DNA of 42,085 nt, taken from IMG/VR virus record IMGVR_UViG_3300006149_000031; one strand, 5' to 3'. The notes under the pieces were generated by a model. The model saw only the letters and a list, made by a program, of their open reading frames with translations. It was not told where the DNA came from and made no database searches. Numbering within the stretch: position 1 is the stretch's first letter; the number at the start of each line of letters is the position of its first letter. The stretch is from a virus. Of the stretch, positions 23,201 through 29,770 are shown piece by piece. The translations under genes and the position numbers were made by a program.

Positions 23201-24106
23201 CTGCTGGTCCAGCACCTCATTCCCGTTGACATTCACTGTCAGCAGATCGGCCATGTCCAGCGCGTCGGAGCGCCAGACATCCTCAAACCCGCGCCTCTCG
23301 GCAAAAGCATACGCCCGCCGCGCCCTCATGATGGAATCGGCAGCCTTCTGCGGACTCTCGGCATACTTCAGCAAATCGGCAGGACACGCGTCCCAGCTGC
23401 CTTCCTTCCCGGCTACGCAATCCACTATCCGGCGGGAAATCTCCTCCTGTTCAGTCTGAACCCTCTTCAGATTTTCATTATAGGCGTCCAGCGTCTTCTG
23501 ATGCCTCCCTTGAAAATCCTTCCAAATCTGGTCTGCCGTAACAACATCTGTTCCCCACAAATTGTTGGCGTTCTTGTAAATCTGGCGGCCTACATCTCTA
23601 TCTCCGTCACCGATGGTCTCCATCAGGCGATTCCCAAGCATATAAGCTCGGTCATGTTCGCTAGCCAGATCAAGGCGGTTCAGAGCATCTTGGCCCCAGA
23701 GTTCCGCAGCTTTCTTTCTGCCCTCTCCATCCATGGCCCCGGCCCGCAGCACATCCATCAGCCGGGCCTGCTTATCCTTTCTGCGCCTCTCTTCTCGCTC
23801 TGCTGCGCCGTACATCATCATAGCCCCCTGGTCATGCAGGGATTCAGGATCCGTCAGCTGCGGACGGAACTCCGTTTCGGAAGGATCTTCCGGAGCAGGA
23901 AAAGGGGAAGGAGTGGTTTCCATCACGTCGCTTCCATTCAAAAGATTAATGTCGGCTGCTGCTTGCTCCTGTCCTGTTCCCGGTTCCATCTCCGGCAGGT
24001 GAAATCCGGCGGCAGCCTCGCCCTCCGGCAGCGGCAGGGAGGAAAAAGAAAGATCCAGAGGCATATCCGCAGCGTCGGCCCCGTCAAAGGAAAAATTGTC
24101 GTTCAT
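14279..24106 (-). CDS. Giant (3275 aa) polyvalent virion/ejection protein
   Basis: Single uninterrupted ORF at the end of the internal-protein gene block. It contains a ParB-like module, two ART-like modules and a possible RNase-like module. The C-terminal third is hydrophobic and Gly/Ala-rich (..GGWFGAMLGAPVAMIGGVPMLGAAVEFG..), as expected for an ejection/channel protein. Confidence 0.8.
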   Translation of the reverse strand: MNDNFSFDGADAADMPLDLSFSSLPLPEGEAAAGFHLPEMEPGTGQEQAAADINLLNGSDVMETTPSPFPAPEDPSETEFRPQLTDPESLHDQGAMMMYGAAEREERRRKDKQARLMDVLRAGAMDGEGRKKAAELWGQDALNRLDLASEHDRAYMLGNRLMETIGDGDRDVGRQIYKNANNLWGTDVVTADQIWKDFQGRHQKTLDAYNENLKRVQTEQEEISRRIVDCVAGKEGSWDACPADLLKYAESPQKAADSIMRARRAYAFAERRGFEDVWRSDALDMADLLTVNVNGNEVLDQQALMLLMTAIDRKVQESQTDSAAFWRNLYRSFADTARGAESLGVKAVQAVRGIPGMSGMEEWYSNNIAPLQGVKDTFDGQRQLFDRYEQRREALNTMQDVMHEFGQRMRGTSPDASWYVKAINGAGNITGQSLSYMAPGGWALALAGDMGHAGNAASRNGDSLVDVTINGLRNTVEEKGFGVFSVFGRMGAINKLMTRTGTGALARLAAKVPGRTFFAGTRTGKMLSTPAFAYVEEMAAEPLAGELFEWTARKLSGMTGMEVKPKDFEVVGPVLQAMGDVEQSGGCALFVAAMAAGHAPRMKQEVAAFVTDAQRAQLAGYTKKHAEEMASFSTAEHKAALAQKYFETDVLKDPEGAAERARKAGAELADRQEARLYQMSGALDKVLEKANIGRIRKLEGTDRYEVSLREGAVVNGVKMEEDRSVEMNEEQTDALVQVVLQGAYLNGVRVMQDAVLGNAAISEAGKMDFIETLDMLSEEAPAEYRKAAAETGGMTVPGLMDVAARAQARIDAIVREEGVSVQEARSRTDAEVMGKVQLGSIADLAAAFERRLDHAVRSGEITRGRSEEIRNGTAAASFAHRFTMATDPGSSLLLYAGGHATTANVMEDVQESALVHYMNLTGKDWQDLWEHLQAADAVLGRYGVSLGTYEGPAHDARDVVESFSNLSLSSSLADIESLPVPQWVKDTAEFALKNLEDSARIIRMGEQWNEFAATDEGKKFMEEHGGLADALQAVGVSTESVFRQARMDAAQKLDVEMVHADLASRRAPGDATMTLGELEALEESMARMDAAEDVEETAEEEDETDPVTGIAGNSASPAPLVEDAGGSLEGVGEEAEHDEEAGAEFRDHAFVRVAPDCVFAQVRVDSLALAPDVEQFKQGDHNERGAVKGRELQGWFREDAQPISVWRRRDGALHVITGRHRFDLAVRDGVEFIPAYVYEEDDAHDATWAKMHDVGQNMLDGQASALEVAFFVRNSNMGRDEMEAQGYLRPGSANVMGWDIATLAGDEVFTRLKNGVITDNEAWKVCRLSSTEAGQMLALQLREKGKPWDYVAAYVKEADRVAAEKSREGEAFDLFGNDTSWQEDCEKVARFAARGISLIAERLSLLKKSRGISRRKDLAGRMGIRLETDADLNAAIHDLERAKGAWQSHDPALHLHDRALAWDGTSEVNPFERVPVSGATFSVVAMDSSGTVLAPETFVTREDGSPDWFVIPRRKRQPAMPVRLLVGSDVGEHRGYGLTHILASRGFSFWKDRSPERYISSILANVSELYEVAPGRELLVKGRQPSSWMLLQLDRKDGFYSIVSAYPVRQGKKPLGKKLPLAERQPANANSGTARLGPGSASKAALPSQSAGGGDGFSLPQGAHVVNVNEVECRFDDGAIVPATFSLSLEKEAIKKEAVAAGTFMKAPNGKETNLTEDQWLAVRTAAFKNWFGDWEKDPQNASKVVDENGEPRVVYHGTYGDFTVFDKAKIGSATDYGIWGRGFYFTNMENTPYGNKKLALFLNIRNPFIFNDYKSAEEIGDYLNIWDGNFHEDDRFGIFRPYATGAAQIADSAQERGHDGLIAVLGKWTEYIAFEPNQIKSSTNNRGTFDPKNPDITFSIVSAQEQGLFRDGHFEAGNAVITEPGVTFSITALHASPHSFRKFDTAFMGKGEGAQAYGWGLYFAENPEVNRSYMNQFAQDKTTWKFREVETGVIEVMQRSLVNSFLPKDALPEAKEDASDIAWSVLGDLVDASKGSMTVSDIAREVMEEIEINRKHAEEYPQEREKMVQLEGFLLSLLDHLDEIEVRTGMPSNYRVELNVEDYLDFMEGGELLFWDKGYGSSTTSRIGDWLLDEGKEEAYSLFNDKDPENGYWMGGKIYRSLEDALGSPREASEFLLRHGVRGIRYADGFSRWKAEEKQTYNYVIFDGNDIKITAFADESTGGAWADYEDPTASFSLATRESVWVTLEREAQKNRLEVLRSQTAKALETWRRVCAANDVKQGDGAEAFGRVMAVVASIYKTLPEGYRFGLYPYMRAAENLATRLEDGQAWLSDELKKETLMDDTSERMDAVIDKLLARTLEQADRYAVDQMRAEMVARIKAVQPTKKASGKFNKGKLSAEDYRHLHGIVAMMNTDQEAKEKRMLELEGVLSSNQSTEEERGAAELELKDWHTFGYLAGMGLEQTRACARALALFITTGRTAWSTRLDEERRRTKFKAEKIVEGLGQATPQGGRDAEEDAKASTRTKAAKYLKYGLQSYSQLLNGWKKIPALRGLAHAEVTAIAEANVALRNMKHARDREVTALVKRCFGVQRTKDVARVLSDFKKTGDSGVVLNPLVKVERTVRIAEAREWVGLSFEEREERRKAIRKEYNDRGLSDDKASVPEALIPEMRRQLAELDELVKAGDGRARRRKNITAKEEVVRPGRKGETLKVSRAQAMYAILLYEQAEYVETMRNEGIGEAEVARLREFVGAEGLAFGYGLRELMNRQGKLLARVYEEREGVPFPAVENYFRAVFRADHKLDTKASFGEQTNAVAGGAKYGMLIPRRKHNLHLAWNMDCEAVFQAASAEVENYICTADITARWRGILADKEAAASLKEHMGRHGIDSLRHWLDVIDGAGVMEGGALLAGAQATSRFQSAKAVALLAWNVLTMLKQTSGLMHGMFAGEVGMGSFLLHLGQTMSMTGRMGVFEVMKTEAFRARTNDAQAELVSQLMGYASDQNYTGAIRFSMAGMRAIEKMDVWSNAVSMAALYNAKWAELEEAGKRTGVPMTDDEMHALCMQSVTRALELVAQPLTQSQKSMLGASTGLFAKMACFMSSEVLNKVGMIVSHVSSGNWGQALALYGMMSVAEQTVIALWHALLDDEDEWEKNGGWFGAMLGAPVAMIGGVPMLGAAVEFGYKQATGQRIYAGTASGVIDYSAIYRAAKNTWKAVTGEKEMTFADWAELILLDAKAAAYVAGAGAGSRSKAADSVASWLLSVAGVANLSKPGFKLAE
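17459..18331 (-). other. Second, diverged module with parallel motif layout (aa ~1926-2216)
   Basis: TALHASPHSFRKFDTAFMGKGEGAQAYGWGLYFAEN ... GVRGIRYADGFSR..TYNYVIFDGNDIKITAF has the same order of H / aromatic-YF / terminal strand motifs as the preceding module, with a large insert. Confidence 0.35.
18407..18964 (-). other. ADP-ribosyltransferase-like module (H-Y-E type, polyvalent-protein family), aa ~1715-1900
   Basis: AAFKNWFGDWEKD..KVVDENGEPRVVYHGTYGDFTVFD (H), GIWGRGFYFTN (Y), KWTEYIAFEPNQIKSSTNNRGTFDPKNPDITFSI (E). Confidence 0.65.
19277..19669 (-). other. Unassigned module (aa ~1480-1610) with a GEHRGYGLTHILASRG motif; possible PBECR-type RNase
   Basis: The G.G..HI...R motif is reminiscent of phage Barnase-EndoU-ColE5/D-RelE-like domains found in polyvalent proteins. 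Assignment from memory only. Confidence 0.25.
20267..20659 (-). other. ParB/Srx-fold nuclease-like domain of the giant protein (aa ~1150-1280)
   Basis: ..ISVWRRRDGALHVITGRHRFDLAVRDGVEFIPAYVY.. resembles the ParB motif (DG..y.vidGhHRl.Aa...G...iP). Confidence 0.6.
23511..23675. repeat. 165-bp direct repeat, copy B (inside the giant gene, aa 145-199)
   Basis: See copy A. Confidence 0.9.
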
Positions 24107-24135
24107 AGTGAAAAATATTTATAATATGTTCAATG

Positions 24136-26493
24136 TTAAAATGATTTGTAATACTTGCTTACGCCGTTGACCCAATGCTTATTCAATCCGCGCGGATCAT
24201 TCCCGGCTCCTGCCGGAGCGTACTTCCCTCCAATGGCGGCAATCGTCGTCAACCCCTGGTCCAGATAATGCTTCCTCAACAGGCGGGCGGCGTAATTAAT
24301 GCTCTCTTCCACGGAGGAAAAAGTGCGCGGTCCCCCTCCATTCGGGCTGATGCCCATGGCGTTATTCTTGCGCAGGAAAGCGGCGCTCGTTCCCTTGCCG
24401 GTCTCGTGCATGGCAATAGCCATCAACAGCTTCGGATCCACGCCATACTTCCTTCCCGCATCATAAAAAGCCTGGCTGTACTGTCCCAGCCCCCCCAGCT
24501 TGGCGGCAGGCACCCTGGACTCTCCGGCATCCTGCTCCCAATCCTGGCTTCCCGGATATTCTCTCTTGAAAAACTCCCTCATTTCCGGGCTGGCAGGGGA
24601 AATCGTCACATTCGTATCCATCTTGGAAGAAAACGTCATCCGCAGCTTGCTGGCGCCGGACAGGGTAAGCTGGGGGGAACTCCCCCTGGTGTAGCCCACC
24701 ACGGGAAGGGGCTTCCCGCGGCGGGAAGAAGAGGAAGAAGGAACCAGGGCGGCCAGTCCGGAAACGTCGTCGCCAAACCGCTGCCTCATGCTCTCCGGCA
24801 GAAGAATGCCGGCGGGCGCGTTCGTATTCACGGTATCTACGGAAACCATGGCAGGGAACGTAAACGGCTTGCGCAACATATCCTTCCGGCGCAGCGTCTG
24901 CTTCTCCCCTTCACTCAATAATTTGGGGCCAGCATTAAACCGTTCACTATCCCTATCTCTCCATTTCTCGCTTGCAGTCTGCTGGTATTCATCCATCAAT
25001 CTCCCACGACTCGGAATAACTAAATCATTGCGACCTGTTACTTTTCTTAAAATAGTCTGAAGCATATCCTCCTGCAAAACATAGGAAGGCTCCTTCCCGT
25101 TCCCCTGCACCTCTCCATCAAACCAGGCCTCAAAATCATCACGAACGGCAATCTCGGTCTTGGCGGCAAGATTCTTTTGCAGGTTCTCAATCTTCTCCTT
25201 CTTGAACCTCTTGATCCATGTATCTTCACTGTCTTTGGGTGTGTCGGACCCTTTGGAGGAATCAGCGTAGAGTTGCCAGGCATTCTTCGCCTCGGCATCA
25301 AGAGTGCCAATGACGTTATTATAATCCGCCTGACGGTACAACGGAGCCCCATCCATCTCCTTCATGCGCTCGGAAACATTCAACATCTTGTACTTTTCCT
25401 TGCGCTTGGCCCACTTATCCATGCGGTTCAAAACATCCTTCTGGAACTCGGCTGACTTCGCGTAACGCTTGCACAGAAGGATCACATTTTCCTTCTTGCT
25501 CGCCAAATCCGGCCCTTCTTCTCCAGCCCTCACCATATCCGCAACCCGGTAAATGAAAGAATCAATCTGCGGAGCGCAGGCGCTGTAATCCCCGTCGCGC
25601 TCATAAACCGCATGAAACCCCAATTCTTCCTGATAGACGGGACCGGACAGCAAAGCATTCGTCACGGCCTGCCTGTCGTTCTTTGACTTAGGACGGGAAG
25701 CCGTCTGCTCGACTACCTCCGTAAGCCTGTTGTCGTCCTGACGCCGCAAAGAACGCATCATCTCATCCTGTTCGGAGGCGGAAAAATACCCGTCCAGCTC
25801 CCCGCGGTTAATCATCTCGGCGGCAAGATCCGGGTTAGTCGCGGCCAGGTTCTCAAAATGATGGCGGGAAGCCTTCTTCCTCCCTCTCAATAAACGCAGC
25901 TCACCTTCGTCACGGGAAATCGTGCCGGAAGCTACGGCGTCATCAACAGACCTCTCGTAACCGCCCCAATCCTGCTTCTCCTCGGCCAGCTTCAAACTCG
26001 TATCGAAAGCCTGTCTGGCAACGCCCAGCTGATGTTTGGCAGCCAGCCCCCAATAACGTTCCGGCAGGCTTGACCTCACGGAAGCCCTGACAGCCTCCGC
26101 CTTCATGGCGCTCTCCGGGTGGAAAAAACTGCCACCCAGCGCGTCAATCTTCTGGCCGAACTCGTAAGCCAAATCTTTCAGCTTCCCCTGCCGGATGGAA
26201 CCGTCCTTCTCAAAAACGCTCTCCTTCGTGCCCGGCGCGAAAGCCAGCATCCTGGAAAACTTCGCGTCGGACTCGTCCCGGATGCGTCGCAGCTCCACCT
26301 CCTGCCGCTGCATCTCCCCGAAATCGGAAATCCTGGCAAACGCCTCCGCGCTCCCCTGAACCGCCTCTTCGGCCTTCTGGACGGACGCGCCCAGCACCTG
26401 GCCCTGATCGCCATTGGCGGCCCGCGCCGCGACACCGGGATCAGCCTTGGCCGTCTGCAGGGACGGCCCGCCGTATAAAGAAAACTCGCTCAT
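24136..26493 (-). CDS. Internal virion protein with a C-terminal lytic transglycosylase (SLT) domain
   Basis: 785 aa. C-terminal ..YGVDPKLLMAIAMHETGKGTSAAF..NNAMGI.. carries the SLT catalytic E-[ST]-G motif. Its position is analogous to T7 gp16. Confidence 0.75.
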   Translation of the reverse strand: MSEFSLYGGPSLQTAKADPGVAARAANGDQGQVLGASVQKAEEAVQGSAEAFARISDFGEMQRQEVELRRIRDESDAKFSRMLAFAPGTKESVFEKDGSIRQGKLKDLAYEFGQKIDALGGSFFHPESAMKAEAVRASVRSSLPERYWGLAAKHQLGVARQAFDTSLKLAEEKQDWGGYERSVDDAVASGTISRDEGELRLLRGRKKASRHHFENLAATNPDLAAEMINRGELDGYFSASEQDEMMRSLRRQDDNRLTEVVEQTASRPKSKNDRQAVTNALLSGPVYQEELGFHAVYERDGDYSACAPQIDSFIYRVADMVRAGEEGPDLASKKENVILLCKRYAKSAEFQKDVLNRMDKWAKRKEKYKMLNVSERMKEMDGAPLYRQADYNNVIGTLDAEAKNAWQLYADSSKGSDTPKDSEDTWIKRFKKEKIENLQKNLAAKTEIAVRDDFEAWFDGEVQGNGKEPSYVLQEDMLQTILRKVTGRNDLVIPSRGRLMDEYQQTASEKWRDRDSERFNAGPKLLSEGEKQTLRRKDMLRKPFTFPAMVSVDTVNTNAPAGILLPESMRQRFGDDVSGLAALVPSSSSSRRGKPLPVVGYTRGSSPQLTLSGASKLRMTFSSKMDTNVTISPASPEMREFFKREYPGSQDWEQDAGESRVPAAKLGGLGQYSQAFYDAGRKYGVDPKLLMAIAMHETGKGTSAAFLRKNNAMGISPNGGGPRTFSSVEESINYAARLLRKHYLDQGLTTIAAIGGKYAPAGAGNDPRGLNKHWVNGVSKYYKSF

Positions 26494-26843
26494 CGTGATA
26501 TAAAACCGGTAAGTTGATCAATGGAAAAAACATGCACCTTCGGCCCGCGCAAAAACCGCTGCCAGGCCACATGCGTAAAACCTCTGCGGGAAAACTGCCG
26601 GGCCAGCCGGGCCAGCTCGCGCGGCTCCCCGGCCGCCCACCACACAAACAAGCACCTCTCCGGAAGATCCGGCATGCCCACAGGAGGAAAACACAACTCA
26701 CCCAGCCTCTCGGAGGGCAGAGCCAGGCACACCTCCTCCGGGGAAACGAACGCCAGCCCCAGGGACGCGCAATCCTTCACATCCGTCCACAAATCCCGGC
26801 CCACCTCCGCATAAGCGCTCACGGTCGCATCAAACGCATTCAT
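26490..26843 (-). CDS. Hypothetical virion-module protein
   Basis: Start at MNAFDATVSAY (26843) gives an ATGA overlap with the upstream stop. There is also an ATGA overlap downstream. Confidence 0.45.
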   Translation of the reverse strand: MNAFDATVSAYAEVGRDLWTDVKDCASLGLAFVSPEEVCLALPSERLGELCFPPVGMPDLPERCLFVWWAAGEPRELARLARQFSRRGFTHVAWQRFLRGPKVHVFSIDQLTGFISR

Positions 26844-27535
26844 CGCCACACGCTCCTGTAAGGATTCCACTTCTGGCCGCCCAGGTAATCGTAAAAAGAA
26901 AACCCGCTCTTCTCCGGACTCGCCGCCCAGGCCCCCAGCGTCATCATCCCCAGGCGGGGATCCGCCGTAGACCCGGGAAACACGCTCCCGGCCAAACCGC
27001 CCAGATCATAACCGGCAAAAAACCCCTGGTCGGCCGTCGTCGAACCGAAAGCCCCCATTCCGGCGCCAATGCTGCCTATCAAAGCCCCGCCAAGCTGAAT
27101 CCCCGTGGACACCAGGGCCCCGGAAGCGGCGGACTTATAAGCCGCCGCCTGATTCTGCGCGCTCACCAGCGCGGCATCCCCCTCCCAGCGCTGCATCGCC
27201 GCCTCATAGCGCTTGCTCTGGTCGCTGATCGCCGCGCCCAGGGACAAATCGGAAATCTGCTTCTCCAGCACTTCGGCCGCGGCAAGCTCCGCCTGGCTGC
27301 CGGACCCCTCGGAAGTAAACCCGGAAGCGCCCCTCCCAGCCCGCACGGAAGCCGTGGCGGCCGTCTGATTGCGCCTGGCTGTCGCCATATTCTCGGCGGC
27401 AAGACGCAAAGCGGAAGCGGACTCCGCCTCGGTATTGGCCGCATTCACATACGCGGCATCCCGCGCCGCCCGTCCCTGTGCCAGCGCGCTCTTCGCGTTG
27501 GCCCTGTTCGTCGCATAAGAACCGATACTGCCCAT
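26840..27535 (-). CDS. Gly/Ala-rich internal virion (ejection) protein
   Basis: 231 aa. Ala-rich helical N-half and Gly-rich hydrophobic C-half (..GIQLGGALIGSIGAGMGAFG..). Confidence 0.5.
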   Translation of the reverse strand: MGSIGSYATNRANAKSALAQGRAARDAAYVNAANTEAESASALRLAAENMATARRNQTAATASVRAGRGASGFTSEGSGSQAELAAAEVLEKQISDLSLGAAISDQSKRYEAAMQRWEGDAALVSAQNQAAAYKSAASGALVSTGIQLGGALIGSIGAGMGAFGSTTADQGFFAGYDLGGLAGSVFPGSTADPRLGMMTLGAWAASPEKSGFSFYDYLGGQKWNPYRSVWR

Positions 27536-27539
27536 AACC

Positions 27540-28085
27540 CTACAAAATGGAACGATCCAAAATATCCTTCAGCGGATGCTGGTCATTGCTCCCGCGCTGG
27601 CTCACATCGTGATACAGGGCGTCGGCAACATACCCCCTGTACAACTCCAAAAACACGCCCACATTCTGCGGCTTGCCCGTCACCGTGGCCGCCACCTTGG
27701 AAGCCAGCAAACACTTCACGGCCTCCACAAACAAAGGCTCATGATCCGGCAGCATCTCTGCCAAAGCCGCCTCATTGGACAAAAACCGCACCTGCAGCAG
27801 GGAAGGAGCTTCCTCGCAAATCACCACGCGGCCGGCCATGCGCCAGCGCCTGGCCTCCACCTTCAACAACTTCAGGCAATCCTCCGGCAGCGGAAACCGG
27901 CCGTTCCCCTCCGGGCACGCCAGCACGGCCTCCTTCGTGGCAAACGACCACGGGCCATAGGAAACGGCCTCCAGCATCACGGATGGAAACCACAACTCGC
28001 AAGCCCTGGCCGCCGGGGAATCCATCACAAACTCCTGATCCCCCAGCAGGGAAAGGCACTGTGAAAAAAACGTCAGCTTATCCAT
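27540..28085 (-). CDS. Head-tail adaptor / tail tubular protein A-like
   Basis: 181 aa starting at MDKLTFFSQCLSLLGDQEF.. (ATG 28085). The N-terminal pattern L..LG......d....a......L....W.Fa resembles the gp11/adaptor class. A late motif lies 33 nt upstream. Confidence 0.45.
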   Translation of the reverse strand: MDKLTFFSQCLSLLGDQEFVMDSPAARACELWFPSVMLEAVSYGPWSFATKEAVLACPEGNGRFPLPEDCLKLLKVEARRWRMAGRVVICEEAPSLLQVRFLSNEAALAEMLPDHEPLFVEAVKCLLASKVAATVTGKPQNVGVFLELYRGYVADALYHDVSQRGSNDQHPLKDILDRSIL

Positions 28086-28117
28086 TCCCCAACAATCGCA
28101 TGAGGGCGGACTTCCTT

Positions 28118-28150
28118 CAAGTTGGCGAGAATCAATGTTTCTATCCCTGC
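28118..28150 (-). promoter_or_regulatory. Late-motif copy (gene sense CATTGATTCTCGCCAACTTG), 33 nt upstream of ATG 28085
   Basis: Lies in the intergenic gap after the terL stop. It is 32/33 identical to the copy at 1080..1112. Confidence 0.6.
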
Positions 28151-28156
28151 CGCATC

Positions 28157-29770
28157 TCAATAAAGCATCCCCTCCAGAGCGTCGGGGCGTCTGTGAGGCC
28201 TCTTCACCTTCTCCGGCTCCCCTGCATGACCGGACACCAGGCCGCGGCTCACCGCCTCCGCAAAGGTTCGTGCGGCATCCGCGCCATGGGAACAGGCGTC
28301 ATGAAGCGGCATCTCCCGCACGCACCCGTTGGACCCCGGCGGCAAACTGCGGTAATACTCCAGGGAACCCACCCCGGAAACATACTTCTGCCCGTCAATC
28401 TCCGGGCGCCGGTTGCAGCGCTCATGAAACACGCAAAAACGCAGCATATTCCGCAGCGCGTTAATCCCGGTCCAGACATCGGACGTGCGCGGCACGATCG
28501 CCGTGCGGAACCCGGCCCGCTGCAGCACGGACTCAAAAGAAGTCTTGGAAAAATCCCTCCTGGCCGCATCGTGCGGCAGCAGGTGCAGGGCGACAGGCCC
28601 GAACTCCCTCTCCCTCATCCGGATCTGCCCCACGTAATAATCAACCGCCTGATTATTCCCGGCAATATAATCCAGCGCGTAATACCTGCCGCCCACCACC
28701 TGCCAAAGCCAAATCGCCATAAAATCGCTCAACCCCAAATCCCAGGAAGCATAAATCGGAGCCACGTCATCCACTTCAAACTCGGCTGCGATCCTCCCCT
28801 CGGCCCGCAGGGCAGAAATCCACCTCCCGTAAATAGCCCCCTCCACGGACGTCTGCAAAGCCTCCTCCGGCACGGTGGGAAACTCCTGCTTCACCTCCGC
28901 CCCGTTAATCCTGTACTGGGTAGCGTACCACGCCTTCTGCCCCTCGGACAACTCAATCCCGTAACGCCTCTTCAAATCGGAAAAATAATCCCGCAAAAAA
29001 TCATCCAGCCTCGGCTCCACCCCCTCCAGGCAATACTCCCGATGCTGAATCCAGGAAAAAAAGAAAAACCTGAAATCCAGGCTGGAAAGAGGCTTGCCCA
29101 CCATCTCCATAGCCTGCTCCATCAACTGGTAAGCCAGCCCGGCCTTCCCTCCCTCGTGGGTGGACTCCATCACCACCACGCAGCTCTTGCCAACGGTATT
29201 CAACGCGCCCGTGCGGATCTTCCTGGCCCTGGCCGGATCATGCAGCGCCGTATAGGAAAACTCGGAAATATGCAAAAACTGGAGAGTGGACCCGCGCAAA
29301 TTAACCCCTACATCAACAGACCCGTTCGTGGACCAGGCCATGCGGGTGGCCCTCTTCTCCACCACAGCGCACCCCTCCTTAACCATCCTCCCCAAAGCAG
29401 CCAGCGCCCGGTCCTCCATCGTCGGATTCTCCGGCAAAAAATCCAAATGCTCATAAGCAAAAGCAATCTTGCGCAGCTTGGCCTCCCCGTCCTCCAGCGT
29501 CTTATCAATAATCCCGCAATGCTGATTCCTCCCAAACAGGCAAAGATCCAGCATATAAATGGCGCAAAACGTAGAAATCCCCAGCTGGCGCACCTTCAAA
29601 ATCGTATTGCGGAACCAAAGCCCGTGAAAAAGCTCCTCCTGGGCCCAATTCGGGCGGAAGCGCACCATCCGGCCCTCCTTATCCTCAATCCAATACAAAT
29701 GATTAAGGCGCCACCACCTGTCGGCCAGCAGCTCCTTCCAATCCGGTCTCGTCTTCGCAGGCTCCGTCAT
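28157..29770 (-). CDS. terL: Terminase large subunit
   Basis: 537 aa. ILKVRQLGISTF (Walker A-like), CVVVMESTHEG (Walker B-like), and C-terminal nuclease motifs ASWDLGLSDFMAIW and LLPHDAARRD. Confidence 0.85.
   Translation of the reverse strand: MTEPAKTRPDWKELLADRWWRLNHLYWIEDKEGRMVRFRPNWAQEELFHGLWFRNTILKVRQLGISTFCAIYMLDLCLFGRNQHCGIIDKTLEDGEAKLRKIAFAYEHLDFLPENPTMEDRALAALGRMVKEGCAVVEKRATRMAWSTNGSVDVGVNLRGSTLQFLHISEFSYTALHDPARARKIRTGALNTVGKSCVVVMESTHEGGKAGLAYQLMEQAMEMVGKPLSSLDFRFFFFSWIQHREYCLEGVEPRLDDFLRDYFSDLKRRYGIELSEGQKAWYATQYRINGAEVKQEFPTVPEEALQTSVEGAIYGRWISALRAEGRIAAEFEVDDVAPIYASWDLGLSDFMAIWLWQVVGGRYYALDYIAGNNQAVDYYVGQIRMREREFGPVALHLLPHDAARRDFSKTSFESVLQRAGFRTAIVPRTSDVWTGINALRNMLRFCVFHERCNRRPEIDGQKYVSGVGSLEYYRSLPPGSNGCVREMPLHDACSHGADAARTFAEAVSRGLVSGHAGEPEKVKRPHRRPDALEGMLY

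Noticed and set aside
14774-24124. Very long plus-strand ORFs antisense to the giant gene (933 aa at 14774..17575; 1257 aa at 20351..24124)
   Set aside because: Both are in the codon-aligned antisense frame of the minus-strand gene (coordinates are congruent modulo 3 with 24104). Stops can therefore arise only from sense codons TTA, CTA and TCA, which this GC-biased gene largely avoids. The translations are Arg/Pro/His/Leu/Gly-rich low-complexity strings with no motifs. They are shadow ORFs, not genes.
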